From positions 1 to 64,000 of the IMG/VR virus record IMGVR_UViG_3300025674_000023: 64,000 nt of DNA. One strand, written 5' to 3'. Below, piece after piece: positions 33,408-43,889 of this stretch (positions within the stretch are counted from its first letter, which is position 1; every line of letters begins with the position of its first letter). The notes below the pieces were generated by a model, which saw nothing but the letters and a program-made list of their open reading frames with translations, ran no database searches and was not told the origin of the DNA. Position numbers and translations under genes: made by a program. Origin of the DNA: a virus.

Positions 33408-35908
33408 TGAAATTTTATACTAATGTTCAGATGGTCGGGGATCACTTTTTGGTTCGTGGTTATGAAAATGGTAAACATTTTATGACACGAGAAAAGTTTG
33501 ACCCGACTCTTTTTGTGCCTTCGAAAAGGAAAACAACATATAAAACTCTTAATGGTGAATATGTAGAAGCAGTAAATCCTGGATCTGTTCGTGATTGTAG
33601 AGAATTTATCAAAAAATATGAAGGTGTAGAGAACTTTAGTATTTACGGAAATGATCGATACATTTATCAGTATATTTCTGATAAGTATCCTGAAGAAGAA
33701 ATCAAGTTTGATACAAATAAAATTAATATTTCGACTCTTGATATTGAGGTTGCATCGGAGAATGGATTCCCTGATGTAGAATCTGCTGCAGAAGAAGTGC
33801 TTTTGATTACAGTGCAAGATTATGCTACAAAACAGATTCGTACATGGGGTAGAGGTTCTTTTAATAATAAGCAGCAGAATGTTATCTACAAAGGTTTTAG
33901 AACTGAGTATGAACTTCTGAGTGACTTTATTAACTGGTGGATGATTGAAGAAAATACTCCAGAAGTTGTTACTGGTTGGAACAGCGAACTGTATGATATT
34001 CCATATTTGGTTCGTCGTATTGATCGTGTACTTGGCGAAAAGTTGATGAAACGTATGTCACCATGGGGATTGGTGACTGAACGTGAGACAATTATTATGG
34101 GTCGTAAACAAATTTCTTATGATGTTGGTGGCATTACTCAGCTTGACTATCTCAACTTATATAAGAAGTTCACTTATAAAGCGCAGGAATCCTATCGTTT
34201 GGATTACATTGCAAGTGTAGAACTTGGGCAGAAGAAACTGGATCACTCCGAGTTTGATACTTTCAAAGACTTCTATACTAATGGGTGGCAAAAGTTTGTA
34301 GAATACAATATCATTGACGTGGAACTTGTTGACCGGATGGAAGACAAGATGAAACTCATCGAACTTGCTATTACTATGGCGTATGATGCTAAGGTAAACT
34401 ATAATGATGTCTTCTATCAAGTAAGGATGTGGGATGCAATCATTTATAATTATTTGAAGAAAAGGAATATTGTTATTCCACCAAAAGAAACTTCTTCTAA
34501 AAGTGAAAAATACGCGGGCGCATATGTTAAGGAACCGATTCCTGGAAAGTATGACTGGGTGGTGTCTTTTGACCTTAACTCTCTCTATCCTCATCTCATT
34601 ATGCAATATAATATCTCACCAGAGACTCTTCTTGATGAAAGACATCCCCGTGCGAGTGTTGATCGAATCCTCAATGAGGAGATAACATTTGAGATGTATA
34701 AAGATTATGCGGTATGTGCCAATGGTGCTATGTATCGTAAAGATGTTCGTGGTTTTCTTCCAGAATTGATGGAGAGGATTTATAATGAAAGAAAGATCTT
34801 CAAAAAGAAGATGTTGAAAGCAAAACAAGATTATGAAAAAACTCCAACGAAGGCACTGGAAAAAGAAATCGCCCGCTGCAATAACATCCAAATGGCAAGA
34901 AAGATTCAACTTAACTCTGCTTACGGTGCGATTGGTAATCAGTATTTTAGGTATTATAAACTTGCAAATGCTGAAGCAATCACTCTCTCAGGTCAAGTTT
35001 CGATCCGTTGGATCGAAAACCGTATGAATGAATACCTAAATAAACTTTTGCAAACGGAGGAAGTCGATTATGTTATCGCATCCGACACTGACAGCATCTA
35101 TCTTAACCTTGGACCTCTTGTTAGTAAATTTTTTGCTAATAAGTCTGGCGACAAAACAGCAATTGTGGGGATACTTGACAAGATCTGCCAAGAAAAACTG
35201 GAACCTTTTATCGAACGTTCATACCAGAAACTTGCAGATTACGTATCGGCGTATGATCAAAAGATGCAAATGAAACGTGAGAACATTGCTGAACGTGGTA
35301 TCTGGACTGCAAAGAAGCGTTATATTCTCAACGTATGGAATAGCGAGGGTGTTCAATACACCGAACCAAAACTCAAGATGATGGGTATTGAGGCAGTCAA
35401 ATCATCGACACCGGCTCCTTGTCGTAAGATGATTAAAGATGGTCTTAAATTAATGATGAGTGGAAATGAAGATGATGTGATTGATTTTATTGATAAATGT
35501 CGATCTGAGTTTAAAAAATTGCCACCAGAACAAATTGCTTTTCCACGATCTGCTTCTGATGTGAAAAAGTATCATTCTCACGCTGACATTTATTCAAAAG
35601 GAACTCCTATTCATATTCGTGGAGCACTTCTTTTTAATCACTATATTAAGGAGAAAAAACTAACGAATAAATATTCACTTATTACCAATGGTGAAAAAAT
35701 TAAGTTCTTATATCTGAAAAAACCAAATATTATTCAGGAGAATATTATTTCTTTCATTCAAGACTTTCCTACAGAACTTGGTCTTGACAGATATATTGAT
35801 TATGATTTACAATTTGAGAAAAGTTTTGTTGAACCACTTAAATCAATTCTTGATGCTATTGGATGGTCTGTGGAAAAAAGTATTAGTCTGGAGGATTTTT
35901 TCTCATAA
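33407..35908 (+). CDS. gp43: family B DNA polymerase
   Basis: LDIE exonuclease motif, SFDLNSLYP, KIQLNSAYG, SDTDS, KKRY; uninterrupted. Confidence 0.98.
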   Translation: MKFYTNVQMVGDHFLVRGYENGKHFMTREKFDPTLFVPSKRKTTYKTLNGEYVEAVNPGSVRDCREFIKKYEGVENFSIYGNDRYIYQYISDKYPEEEIKFDTNKINISTLDIEVASENGFPDVESAAEEVLLITVQDYATKQIRTWGRGSFNNKQQNVIYKGFRTEYELLSDFINWWMIEENTPEVVTGWNSELYDIPYLVRRIDRVLGEKLMKRMSPWGLVTERETIIMGRKQISYDVGGITQLDYLNLYKKFTYKAQESYRLDYIASVELGQKKLDHSEFDTFKDFYTNGWQKFVEYNIIDVELVDRMEDKMKLIELAITMAYDAKVNYNDVFYQVRMWDAIIYNYLKKRNIVIPPKETSSKSEKYAGAYVKEPIPGKYDWVVSFDLNSLYPHLIMQYNISPETLLDERHPRASVDRILNEEITFEMYKDYAVCANGAMYRKDVRGFLPELMERIYNERKIFKKKMLKAKQDYEKTPTKALEKEIARCNNIQMARKIQLNSAYGAIGNQYFRYYKLANAEAITLSGQVSIRWIENRMNEYLNKLLQTEEVDYVIASDTDSIYLNLGPLVSKFFANKSGDKTAIVGILDKICQEKLEPFIERSYQKLADYVSAYDQKMQMKRENIAERGIWTAKKRYILNVWNSEGVQYTEPKLKMMGIEAVKSSTPAPCRKMIKDGLKLMMSGNEDDVIDFIDKCRSEFKKLPPEQIAFPRSASDVKKYHSHADIYSKGTPIHIRGALLFNHYIKEKKLTNKYSLITNGEKIKFLYLKKPNIIQENIISFIQDFPTELGLDRYIDYDLQFEKSFVEPLKSILDAIGWSVEKSISLEDFFS

Positions 35909-36915
35909 TGGATTTTTTAAAAGATATTGTAAAAGAGATTGGCGGTGAATACACACAACTTGCTTCTGAAATTAATGAAACTGAAACTTATGTTGATACG
36001 GGTTCGTATGTTTTTAATGCATTGGTTTCAGGTTCTATATTTGGGGGTGTCTCTAGCAATAAGATTACTGCTATTGCTGGAGAGTCTTCTACTGGAAAGA
36101 CTTTCTTCAGTCTCGCCGTTGTTAAGAATTTTCTTGATTCTAACCCCGATGGTTATTGTCTCTACTTTGATACTGAGGCTGCCATTACTAAGTCACTCTT
36201 GGACTCAAGAGGCATTGACACATCACGGTTTGTCGTGGTTAATGTTGTCACAGTAGAAGAGTTTCGCAGTAAGGCACTTAAGGCAGTAGACATATACCTA
36301 AAAAAACCTGTAGAGGAGCGCAAACCTTGTATGTTTGTGTTAGACTCATTGGGAATGCTCTCAACTGAAAAGGAAATCACTGATGCCCTGAACGATAAGC
36401 AGGTTCGTGACATGACGAAATCTCAACTTATCAAAGGTGCCTTCAGGATGTTGACATTGAAGTTGGGACAGGCTAATATTCCTATGATTGTGACAAACCA
36501 CACATATGATGTCATCGGTTCTTATGTTCCTACTAAAGAGATGGGCGGTGGTTCTGGTCTTAAATATGCTGCCAGCACCATCATATATCTCAGCAAGAAA
36601 AAAGAAAAAGATGGAACAGAAATTGTCGGAAACATTATCAAGGCAAAGACTGCTAAGTCGCGTTTGAGTAAGGAGAATAAAGATGTTGAGATACGCCTCT
36701 ATTATGATGAGCGTGGGCTTGATCGATATTATGGTCTTCTGGAGTTGGGTGAACTCGGAGGGCTTTGGAAGAATGTTGCTGGGCGTTATGAAATGAATGG
36801 TAAGAAAGTTTATGCAAAACAGATTCTAAAAGAACCTAAGGAATATTTTACTGAGGAAGTAATGCAGAAACTTAATGAAATTGCACAGGAGGAATTTAGT
36901 TATGGCAAATCTTAA
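35908..36915 (+). CDS. uvsX: RecA-like recombinase UvsX
   Basis: AGESSTGKT, VLDSLGML, MGGGSGLKYAAS. Confidence 0.95.
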   Translation: MDFLKDIVKEIGGEYTQLASEINETETYVDTGSYVFNALVSGSIFGGVSSNKITAIAGESSTGKTFFSLAVVKNFLDSNPDGYCLYFDTEAAITKSLLDSRGIDTSRFVVVNVVTVEEFRSKALKAVDIYLKKPVEERKPCMFVLDSLGMLSTEKEITDALNDKQVRDMTKSQLIKGAFRMLTLKLGQANIPMIVTNHTYDVIGSYVPTKEMGGGSGLKYAASTIIYLSKKKEKDGTEIVGNIIKAKTAKSRLSKENKDVEIRLYYDERGLDRYYGLLELGELGGLWKNVAGRYEMNGKKVYAKQILKEPKEYFTEEVMQKLNEIAQEEFSYGKS

Positions 36916-37495
36916 TAATTTTATACATGTATATGAATATGCATTGAATCAACAACAATGTGAATCTTTAATTGATATATTTGAAAATAATCAAAAATAT
37001 CAAGAAAGAGTGCAAAAGAATTATAATAGACCAAATTTTACTCAAGTTAATTTAACAAGTAATTTGGAATCTTTGGGAGATGATGTAAAATCTTTGCATG
37101 ATTCAATTGTTAAAACTGTAATAGAATATCGTGACATATATTATCGGACTATTTTATCAAATTCATTAGATTCTAATAATCCAATGAATAACGTTTTTCC
37201 ACGTGAGCATTCTCTTGAGCAATTTAGAATCAAGAAATATAATAATGATGGAAAAGACTTATTCGATACCCATGTAGATATTATGGATCATGAATCTGCT
37301 AAGAGGTATGTTTCTTTTATGTTTTATCTTAATGATGTAGAATCTGGAGGTAAAACAGTTTTTGGAGATTTTGAATATCAACCAAAACAAGGAAATCTTT
37401 TAGTTTTTCCACCTCTTTGGATGTTCCCTCATCGTGGAGAACCTCCGATTAGCAATTCAAAGTATATTATGAGCACCTATCTTCACTATAAGTAA
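36902..37495 (+). CDS. 2OG-Fe(II) oxygenase
   Basis: HVD...FYLNDVESGGKT...FPPLWMFPHRG...KY. Confidence 0.88.
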   Translation: MANLNNFIHVYEYALNQQQCESLIDIFENNQKYQERVQKNYNRPNFTQVNLTSNLESLGDDVKSLHDSIVKTVIEYRDIYYRTILSNSLDSNNPMNNVFPREHSLEQFRIKKYNNDGKDLFDTHVDIMDHESAKRYVSFMFYLNDVESGGKTVFGDFEYQPKQGNLLVFPPLWMFPHRGEPPISNSKYIMSTYLHYK

Positions 37496-38868
37496 TGGAA
37501 CGTCTGGAGTTAACTATTTTAAGAAATCTTGTTTTTAATGAAAATTATGCGCGAAAAGTAATTCCATTTATTCAACCAGATTATTTTGAGCAAAGATCTG
37601 AAAAGGTAATTTTTCAAGAAATTGTTCATTTTATTGTTAAATATAATTCTTCAATAACAAAAGAGGCATTAACAATTGAACTTGAAAATCGTATAGATTT
37701 TACGGAAACAGAAGTAAAAGAAGTTCGTGACATTGTAGATTCTCTTCATGATGCGCCAGTAGATTATCAGTGGTTGCTGGATACAACAGAGAAATGGTGT
37801 CGTGACCGAGCCATTTATCTTGCTCTCATGGAAGCCATTGGTATTGCTGATGGTAATGATGAGAACAAGAACCGTGATGCAATTCCAAGTATTTTGTCAG
37901 ACGCTCTAGCAGTGTCTTTTGATAATAATATCGGTCATGACTACTTAGAAAACTATCAGGAAAGGTATGATTACTATCATCGGAAGGAAGAAAAAATTGA
38001 GTTCGATCTCGAATATTTCAACAAAATTACCAAAGGCGGTTTACCTCCTAAGACTCTTAACATCGCGCTCGCTGGTACAGGCGTCGGCAAGTCTCTATTC
38101 ATGTGCCATGTTGCTAGCTCCGTGTTGCTCCAAGGACGGAACGTTCTCTATATTACAATGGAGATGGCAGAAGAAAAAATTGCTGAACGAATTGACGCAA
38201 ACTTATTAAATGTTCCTATTCAAAATCTGACTGATTTGCCAAAGTCAACATTTGAAAACAAGGTAACTAGTCTTTCAAAGAAGACTCAAGGAACACTTAT
38301 AATTAAAGAGTATCCGACAGCATCGGCACATAGTGGACATTTTAAAGCACTGCTTAATGAACTTGCACTTAAGAAGTCATTTAAGCCTGATATTATTTTC
38401 ATTGATTACCTTAATATATGTGCTTCCTCCCGCTATAAGTCAGGCGTTTCTATCAATTCATATAGCTATATCAAGGCTATTGCTGAAGAACTTAGAGGAT
38501 TGGCTGTCGAGAAAGAAGTCCCTATCGTATCTGCCACCCAGACCACTCGTTCTGGTTATTCTAGCAGCGATGTTGATATCACTGACACTAGTGAATCCTT
38601 TGGGCTCCCTGCTACTGCTGATCTTATGTTTGCCCTTATTTCAACTGATGAGCTTGAACAACTTGGACAAATTATGGTGAAGCAGTTGAAGAATCGATAC
38701 AATGACCCGACAATGAACAAGCGATTTATTGTTGGTGTTGATCGTGCCAAGATGAGACTTTATGATTGTGAGCAAAGAGCGCAGAACGACATACTTGACT
38801 CTGGTCAGGAAGAGGAGTATAATTACGAGGAGAAACCTAAGAAATCATTTGAAGGATTCAAGTTTTGA
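37495..38868 (+). CDS. gp41: replicative DNA helicase
   Basis: LAGTGVGKS, IDYLNI, SATQTTR, SESFGLPATAD, KQLKNRY. Confidence 0.96.
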   Translation: MERLELTILRNLVFNENYARKVIPFIQPDYFEQRSEKVIFQEIVHFIVKYNSSITKEALTIELENRIDFTETEVKEVRDIVDSLHDAPVDYQWLLDTTEKWCRDRAIYLALMEAIGIADGNDENKNRDAIPSILSDALAVSFDNNIGHDYLENYQERYDYYHRKEEKIEFDLEYFNKITKGGLPPKTLNIALAGTGVGKSLFMCHVASSVLLQGRNVLYITMEMAEEKIAERIDANLLNVPIQNLTDLPKSTFENKVTSLSKKTQGTLIIKEYPTASAHSGHFKALLNELALKKSFKPDIIFIDYLNICASSRYKSGVSINSYSYIKAIAEELRGLAVEKEVPIVSATQTTRSGYSSSDVDITDTSESFGLPATADLMFALISTDELEQLGQIMVKQLKNRYNDPTMNKRFIVGVDRAKMRLYDCEQRAQNDILDSGQEEEYNYEEKPKKSFEGFKF

Positions 38869-39131
38869 TTTACTATACAGTTTATGACAAAAAAGGCAAC
38901 AAATTTGCCGATTGTGGTGGAGAAAATGATGCCAAATGGTTGGCAGAGTTGCGTAAGGGCACTTATAAGACCAACCGACTTGAATGGAATCGAACTATTG
39001 ATGTAGAAACTTCTAAACTTGAATTGCCTACCAAAGATATTATTGTAAATATGGATGGTGGTGTCGGTGGTTCATGGAATGTCGAAAGTCCACAACTAAA
39101 TGAAAACAAACAACAACCTTTTGAAGTATAA
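38865..39131 (+). CDS. hypothetical protein
   Basis: TTG start overlapping gp41 stop. Confidence 0.6.
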   Translation: MIYYTVYDKKGNKFADCGGENDAKWLAELRKGTYKTNRLEWNRTIDVETSKLELPTKDIIVNMDGGVGGSWNVESPQLNENKQQPFEV

Positions 39132-39133
39132 AA

Positions 39134-39550
39134 ATGACTGAACAAAAACATATTCAATTTGAGCGATACACCGAGTTTGTGGATGCCGTCACCTCCGATG
39201 CCTCCAAAGACTTTGTTGCTCTTGCCGACCGCATGGTCGAACTTGATGAAAAAGGTGCTAACATTGAGCGTCTCCTGACATCTGCCGTTGGTATCAATGC
39301 CGAAGGTGGTGAGTTTATGGAGATTGTCAAGAAGATGATTTTCCAAGGTAAACCTTGGAATGAAGATAATCGTGAGCACCTGATTATTGAATTGGGAGAT
39401 GTGATGTGGTATGTTGCTCAAGCATGTATGGCACTCGAAGTTTCTTTTGATGATGTAATCGCAGGTAATGTTAAGAAACTGGGTAAGCGTTATCCAGAAG
39501 GCACTTTTGATATTTACTTCTCCGAAAATCGTGCTGCCGATGATCGCTAA
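39134..39550 (+). CDS. mazG: MazG-like nucleotide pyrophosphohydrolase
   Basis: EGGEFMEIVKK...ELGDVMWY...NVKKLGKRYP. Confidence 0.92.
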   Translation: MTEQKHIQFERYTEFVDAVTSDASKDFVALADRMVELDEKGANIERLLTSAVGINAEGGEFMEIVKKMIFQGKPWNEDNREHLIIELGDVMWYVAQACMALEVSFDDVIAGNVKKLGKRYPEGTFDIYFSENRAADDR

Positions 39551-39553
39551 TTA

Positions 39554-39730
39554 ATGCCAAAAAAATCAAACGAAGATCTCCATCCATTTCCTACATTTCC
39601 ATATCGTTTAGAATATATGGATGGAAAAGATAAACGAGTTTGTCACTTCCAAACAGAAGATCATAGAACCAAACACATTAAACGATATGGATTGCGAAAA
39701 AACAAATACACTATTAATGATGCCATATGA
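39554..39730 (+). CDS. hypothetical protein (58 aa)
   Basis: Not in ORF track; MPKKSNEDLHPFPTFPYRLE...; stop overlaps next ATG. Confidence 0.65.
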   Translation: MPKKSNEDLHPFPTFPYRLEYMDGKDKRVCHFQTEDHRTKHIKRYGLRKNKYTINDAI

Positions 39731-39915
39731 CTAAAAGAGAATTTACTGGTAAAGGTGGTGAAGTATGGACTTGGGAAGAAACTCCTGAAACCATCGAAGC
39801 ACTGAAACGATTGCACGAAACCGTTCAAACAAATGCCACCAGTCGTCTTCATGAAGATATGCGTCGATTGAAGGCACAAGATGATAAAATGAACTATGAT
39901 ACTAGCGGAAAATGA
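39727..39915 (+). CDS. hypothetical protein
   Basis: Part of a chain of ATGA-coupled ORFs. Confidence 0.65.
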   Translation: MTKREFTGKGGEVWTWEETPETIEALKRLHETVQTNATSRLHEDMRRLKAQDDKMNYDTSGK

Positions 39916-40118
39916 AACCAATTACAGTTGAAGAATACAAAGAAGTAGGCGAAGAGTTCTGGCGTAAATATGATTACGTTTCGCAGAATATTGGTGAAGG
40001 TGCAAAACCAGAAGATATTCTTAAAGTTATGGAATCACTCGCAGCTCTTGTAATGAAAAAGCGAGTTGATGATAAACTTGCACCATTTGGATTTAATAAA
40101 AAAACTGAAAATGAATGA
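39912..40118 (+). CDS. hypothetical protein
   Basis: Part of a chain of ATGA-coupled ORFs. Confidence 0.7.
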   Translation: MKPITVEEYKEVGEEFWRKYDYVSQNIGEGAKPEDILKVMESLAALVMKKRVDDKLAPFGFNKKTENE

Positions 40119-40332
40119 ACCTGAAATTGTAATGTATGATGATTGCTTCTTTATTGAAGAGCGATTTGGTCTTTGGATTAGCGTTTCGAAAGATAGCAGA
40201 CCACTAATAACATCTCTCACAAAAGAAGAATGTATTCATATGACTCGATTTTATTTAAAAGGAGAGCAAGAAGGATGGAATGAAGAAAGTAATCGTGTTA
40301 TGAATGATGGTGTTGTTGGCGGCAAACTTTGA
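40111..40332 (+). CDS. hypothetical protein
   Basis: MNEPEIVMYDDCFFIEER...DGVVGGKL. Confidence 0.7.
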   Translation: MNEPEIVMYDDCFFIEERFGLWISVSKDSRPLITSLTKEECIHMTRFYLKGEQEGWNEESNRVMNDGVVGGKL

Positions 40333-40345
40333 TGCCGTCTTTTCT

Positions 40346-40416
40346 GGGGAATTAGTTAAACGGTATAACGGGTGCTTTGCAAGCACTTATTAGGAGTTCG
40401 ATTCTCCTATTCTCCA
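40346..40416 (+). tRNA. tRNA-Ala(UGC)
   Basis: Cloverleaf GGGGAAT/ATTCTCC with G3:U70 pair, anticodon loop TTTGCAA, T-loop TTCGATT. Confidence 0.92.
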
Positions 40417-40419
40417 TAT

Positions 40420-40500
40420 GCTCAAGTGGCGGAATGGTATACGCAGCAGACTTAGAATCTGCCGTCGCAAGACTTGAAGGTTCAAATCCTTTCTTGAGCA
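40420..40500 (+). tRNA. tRNA-Leu(UAG)
   Basis: GCTCAAG/CTTGAGC acceptor, GCAGA-CTTAGAA-TCTGC, long variable arm, TTCAAAT. Confidence 0.93.
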
Positions 40501-40518
40501 CTAAATAAAAATAAAAAT

Positions 40519-41607
40519 ATGGCTACCATATCTGCAGATAGGGATTGGAATAAGTATGTGAAGAATAATCCTTCATCTAGTAATATAAAATATCCTATTG
40601 AAAATAATATAATTAATGAACCTGTATACACTAATACAAGGTTTAATAATATTTTAACTTATGTAAGTAATGGAAATTTTGTTAATATTGTATCCAAACA
40701 ATTTTTTTTGGAAGGTAGAAGTAAATATGCAAATGTTAGAATAAATGGTATAACTGGATATCTTAGGGCAACTGCAATTCGAAAACCTACAGGATTAAAT
40801 CCATCCTATGCTGTAGAAAAAAGAGTTTTGGATATGACAAATAATGAAATTCAAAATTTATGTGAACGTGCTGGTATTGGTAGAAATAATAGAGAAGGAA
40901 TTGATATTTTATCTCCAGATGGAAGATTGATATCAGGAGTTACAAAATTGGAAAAAGTTGATGGTAGAATACATGGTAAAGAACCTAAATCTGATTTTGT
41001 TTTTAAAAATAGTGCAAATAATTCTTTATTTTTTATATCCCATAAAACTGGTAGTGGTGCGGGCGCCTTTAGACAGTATGGTGGAATTTCTGAGAAAGCA
41101 GGATCTTCTGAATTTCCAACTAAGATTTATGAGAATATTGAGGTTCAATCATTTTTGAATAGACTATATCAACTATATTCTGATGCTACGAGTGGTCAAT
41201 CTCAAATTGCAAACAATCCATTTGATAGCAAAGGATCTTTAAAAAGGTCTGTTCATTCCTTTGTAAATAATCCAAATCTTGTTAATATGTCTGTTTATGG
41301 TGCTGACTATGGTGGTTCTCGAAGTTTAAATAATGTAGATATAATAGGTCAAGGTAGTTTTATTTTTAGACCATTTACTAGTGGTAGTGAAGATGTAATT
41401 TACAATTTATCATTTAGTGGTGGTTACCATATAAATGGAGATATTAGTAAATTTATTAATGATGGAAGTGGATATAGAGCAGTTTTATTAGCAGTATCAG
41501 ATAATAGATCTACAAAAACTCCAAGTGGATCTATACCATTAGTTAGAACTGGAATATATCCAAAAGCATTCAGATCCGGATCTATCGATATATATACACT
41601 TATTTAA
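40519..41607 (+). CDS. hypothetical protein, possible SH3-like N-term and PD-(D/E)XK-like nuclease domain
   Basis: YANVRINGITGYL (SH3b-like); EPKSDFVF...FISHK; very AT-rich; CTAAATA directly after tRNA-Leu. Confidence 0.5.
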   Translation: MATISADRDWNKYVKNNPSSSNIKYPIENNIINEPVYTNTRFNNILTYVSNGNFVNIVSKQFFLEGRSKYANVRINGITGYLRATAIRKPTGLNPSYAVEKRVLDMTNNEIQNLCERAGIGRNNREGIDILSPDGRLISGVTKLEKVDGRIHGKEPKSDFVFKNSANNSLFFISHKTGSGAGAFRQYGGISEKAGSSEFPTKIYENIEVQSFLNRLYQLYSDATSGQSQIANNPFDSKGSLKRSVHSFVNNPNLVNMSVYGADYGGSRSLNNVDIIGQGSFIFRPFTSGSEDVIYNLSFSGGYHINGDISKFINDGSGYRAVLLAVSDNRSTKTPSGSIPLVRTGIYPKAFRSGSIDIYTLI

Positions 41608-41608
41608 A

Positions 41609-41887
41609 ATGAAAATAGAAGAATTAGTTGCAGATTTAATATCCGATTTTAATGGATCGTATAAAGATTTTATTGCTTATGTTTATAAAGTCTTCACAAA
41701 AAAAATAGATTTTGTAAGCAACAAAACTATCAAGGATAAATATATAAAGATAAGAAAGAGTATTCTGCATTATATCATTGCAAATGAAGCAACAATAACT
41801 GCAGAATTGCGTAAAAAAAAAAAAATAAATAATGAAAAATTTTTCCCAATTTATAAAAGAAATTCAATCTCCAGCAGAGAAAGCTAG
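41609..41887 (+). CDS. hypothetical protein
   Basis: ORF in operon; A13 run at 41813-41825 may affect the C-terminus. Confidence 0.65.
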   Translation: MKIEELVADLISDFNGSYKDFIAYVYKVFTKKIDFVSNKTIKDKYIKIRKSILHYIIANEATITAELRKKKKINNEKFFPIYKRNSISSRES

Positions 41888-42437
41888 AAGCTTGAATCTT
41901 GTGAGTGATAAGCATGGTGGATGGTATGACCGTAAAGGTGAATTTACTGCAAAAACAAAAGAAGGTAAATTAGTATTTTATAATAAAAGACAGATACCAG
42001 GAAGACAAGATCCTTATCAAAGTCAAAAAGAAAAAACAATTGCTTCTCCTGGATACAATGATCCTCGTTTAAAAGCACAAGCTGCAATTAGAAATAGAGA
42101 AAAGGCATATGAAGAAAAGGAATTGAGGGAAAAATATATCAAAGAAGAAATTTTTAATGTTGATGATTGGGTAAAGAGTCTTGTCACGGAAAAAGTTGGT
42201 AAGATTATTCGTAGAGGAACAAATCATCTTATTTGTGTTACTGAAGATGGTGAAATGTTTAAATCTTGGATTAAAGATTTGGTTGAGTATACTGAAGTTA
42301 AAATGGATCGACTTTATAGACTTCCTGGAAAACCAAATACACTTATTGGAACAACCGGATATCGTAAAAATGCAGAACAATCACTTAATTTCATAAATAA
42401 GTATAGAAAAAAAGTAGAAACAAAAAGTCTCTCATGA
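41832..42437 (+). CDS. short homolog of cyanophage cytidyltransferase-labelled protein, apparently lacking the catalytic domain
   Basis: N-term HGGWYDRKGEFTAKT and C-term GKIIRRGTNHLICVTEDGEMFKSWI present; no FNPPxxGH/HIGH-like motif. Confidence 0.55.
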   Translation: MKNFSQFIKEIQSPAEKARSLNLVSDKHGGWYDRKGEFTAKTKEGKLVFYNKRQIPGRQDPYQSQKEKTIASPGYNDPRLKAQAAIRNREKAYEEKELREKYIKEEIFNVDDWVKSLVTEKVGKIIRRGTNHLICVTEDGEMFKSWIKDLVEYTEVKMDRLYRLPGKPNTLIGTTGYRKNAEQSLNFINKYRKKVETKSLS

Positions 42438-43585
42438 AAAAGAATATTGTTGAAGAGCTTCCAGTAAGAAAACATCCTATGGGTGCTGGTGAATCTAAAC
42501 CTGCACCGAAATCTAATCAAACAGAGAGATCATCTGATCCGGCTAAGAAAGTGAAACAAGCTGTATACGATATTCGTTATCGTGCAAGAAGAGAAGATAT
42601 TCCCCTACGTCAGGCGTATTCTCAATATATGCAGAATACGAGTATGAGTCAGCAAGAAAGAGATGCAGTAAAGCAAATGCTTTTTGGAAAATCTGGAATG
42701 CAAGAGGACTATAAAATCGAAGAATCGGCACATACAAGTGTTGCTGAAGCTCTTTATAAAGTGTTTGTTGAAGGTATCGAAAAAGATATTACTTTGGTTT
42801 ATGAAGAAAAAATGAAATCTTCTTCTGATAGAAAATATAAAGTAAGAGTAACAGATAAAAATGGTAAATCTTATGTAAGATATGCAACTCGTGAAAAAAT
42901 TAGTCAACTTCGCCAAAATCCAAATATTGCAGAAGTTGAAATGACTGAGCATGGTGATCCATATGAAGGTAGAAAAAAGAAAAAAGGTGATGGAAATTTA
43001 GCAAATAATTATCCACCTTATGATAGAGTAACTCGTGGAGATGTTATTGCTGGCGCAAAAGGTGAGGATCAAATGGGTGGTAAGATTAAAGAGTCTTATG
43101 GTATTACTAATCAAGTTCCAATTGATGTAATGAAGAAAAATAAGACAAATAAAGTTACTATGATGCCATCTGAGCCTAATGGAAAGAGTAAAAAGTTGAT
43201 GAATAGTTATCGACCAAATACTCCTTTTATTATTGAAAAGGCGGAAAGTCGAGCGCAGCAAAAATTTATGGGTATGGTTTATGCTGCTAAGACAGGAAAA
43301 AAGCCCGCCTCACCAGAAGTTGCAAAAGCAGCAAAAGGTATGAGTGAAAAAGAAGCAAAAAAGTATGCTTCCACAAAACATAAAGGTCTTCCTGAGAAAA
43401 AAATGAATGAAGAAATGGGTGAACGTGATAAAAGAGCAGATTATGCGTATAGAGAGATGATTAAAAATAAACTGAGAGCAGGAATGGGTATTAAAAATCC
43501 AATGGTAATGAGCAATCCTGAAAATCTTGAAAAAGATTTTAATAAAGTTGCAACTGCAAAATCTGTAAAGTCTGCATGTGACTAA
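42434..43585 (+). CDS. conserved hypothetical basic protein
   Basis: QAVYDIRYRARRE, RAQQKFMGMV, KYASTKHKGLPEK. Confidence 0.8.
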   Translation: MKKNIVEELPVRKHPMGAGESKPAPKSNQTERSSDPAKKVKQAVYDIRYRARREDIPLRQAYSQYMQNTSMSQQERDAVKQMLFGKSGMQEDYKIEESAHTSVAEALYKVFVEGIEKDITLVYEEKMKSSSDRKYKVRVTDKNGKSYVRYATREKISQLRQNPNIAEVEMTEHGDPYEGRKKKKGDGNLANNYPPYDRVTRGDVIAGAKGEDQMGGKIKESYGITNQVPIDVMKKNKTNKVTMMPSEPNGKSKKLMNSYRPNTPFIIEKAESRAQQKFMGMVYAAKTGKKPASPEVAKAAKGMSEKEAKKYASTKHKGLPEKKMNEEMGERDKRADYAYREMIKNKLRAGMGIKNPMVMSNPENLEKDFNKVATAKSVKSACD

Positions 43586-43621
43586 ATTGCTGATATATAG
43601 TATTGAGTTTTCATCACTATC

Positions 43622-43822
43622 ATGCTCGCATTTCTTCTTCCGTTAGCATCAAAAATTATTTCCGATGCTGTTTCTAAAATTCCTGAAAATGAGGAACTTG
43701 GAGAAAAACTGATTGATATTTGTTTAGTTATTCTTGGTAAAGCAGTAAAACTGACTAAAACAGATATGGATGACCAACTTTTAGAGGTTGTTACAAAAGC
43801 AATCAAAGCAAGAGAAGAGTGA
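43622..43822 (+). CDS. hypothetical protein
   Basis: MLAFLLPLASKII...TKTDMDDQL; followed by terminator at 43828-43852. Confidence 0.75.
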   Translation: MLAFLLPLASKIISDAVSKIPENEELGEKLIDICLVILGKAVKLTKTDMDDQLLEVVTKAIKAREE

Positions 43823-43889
43823 TAATTGGAGACCTTAGGGTCTCCTTTTTTTATAAATATCTGTATAAAAGATTATAAGGTAAGGAAAC

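Noticed and set aside
41813-41825. A13 homopolymer as a phase-variation or frameshift site
   Set aside because: It only alters the tail of a small hypothetical ORF and may be a sequencing artifact; cannot be judged without reads.
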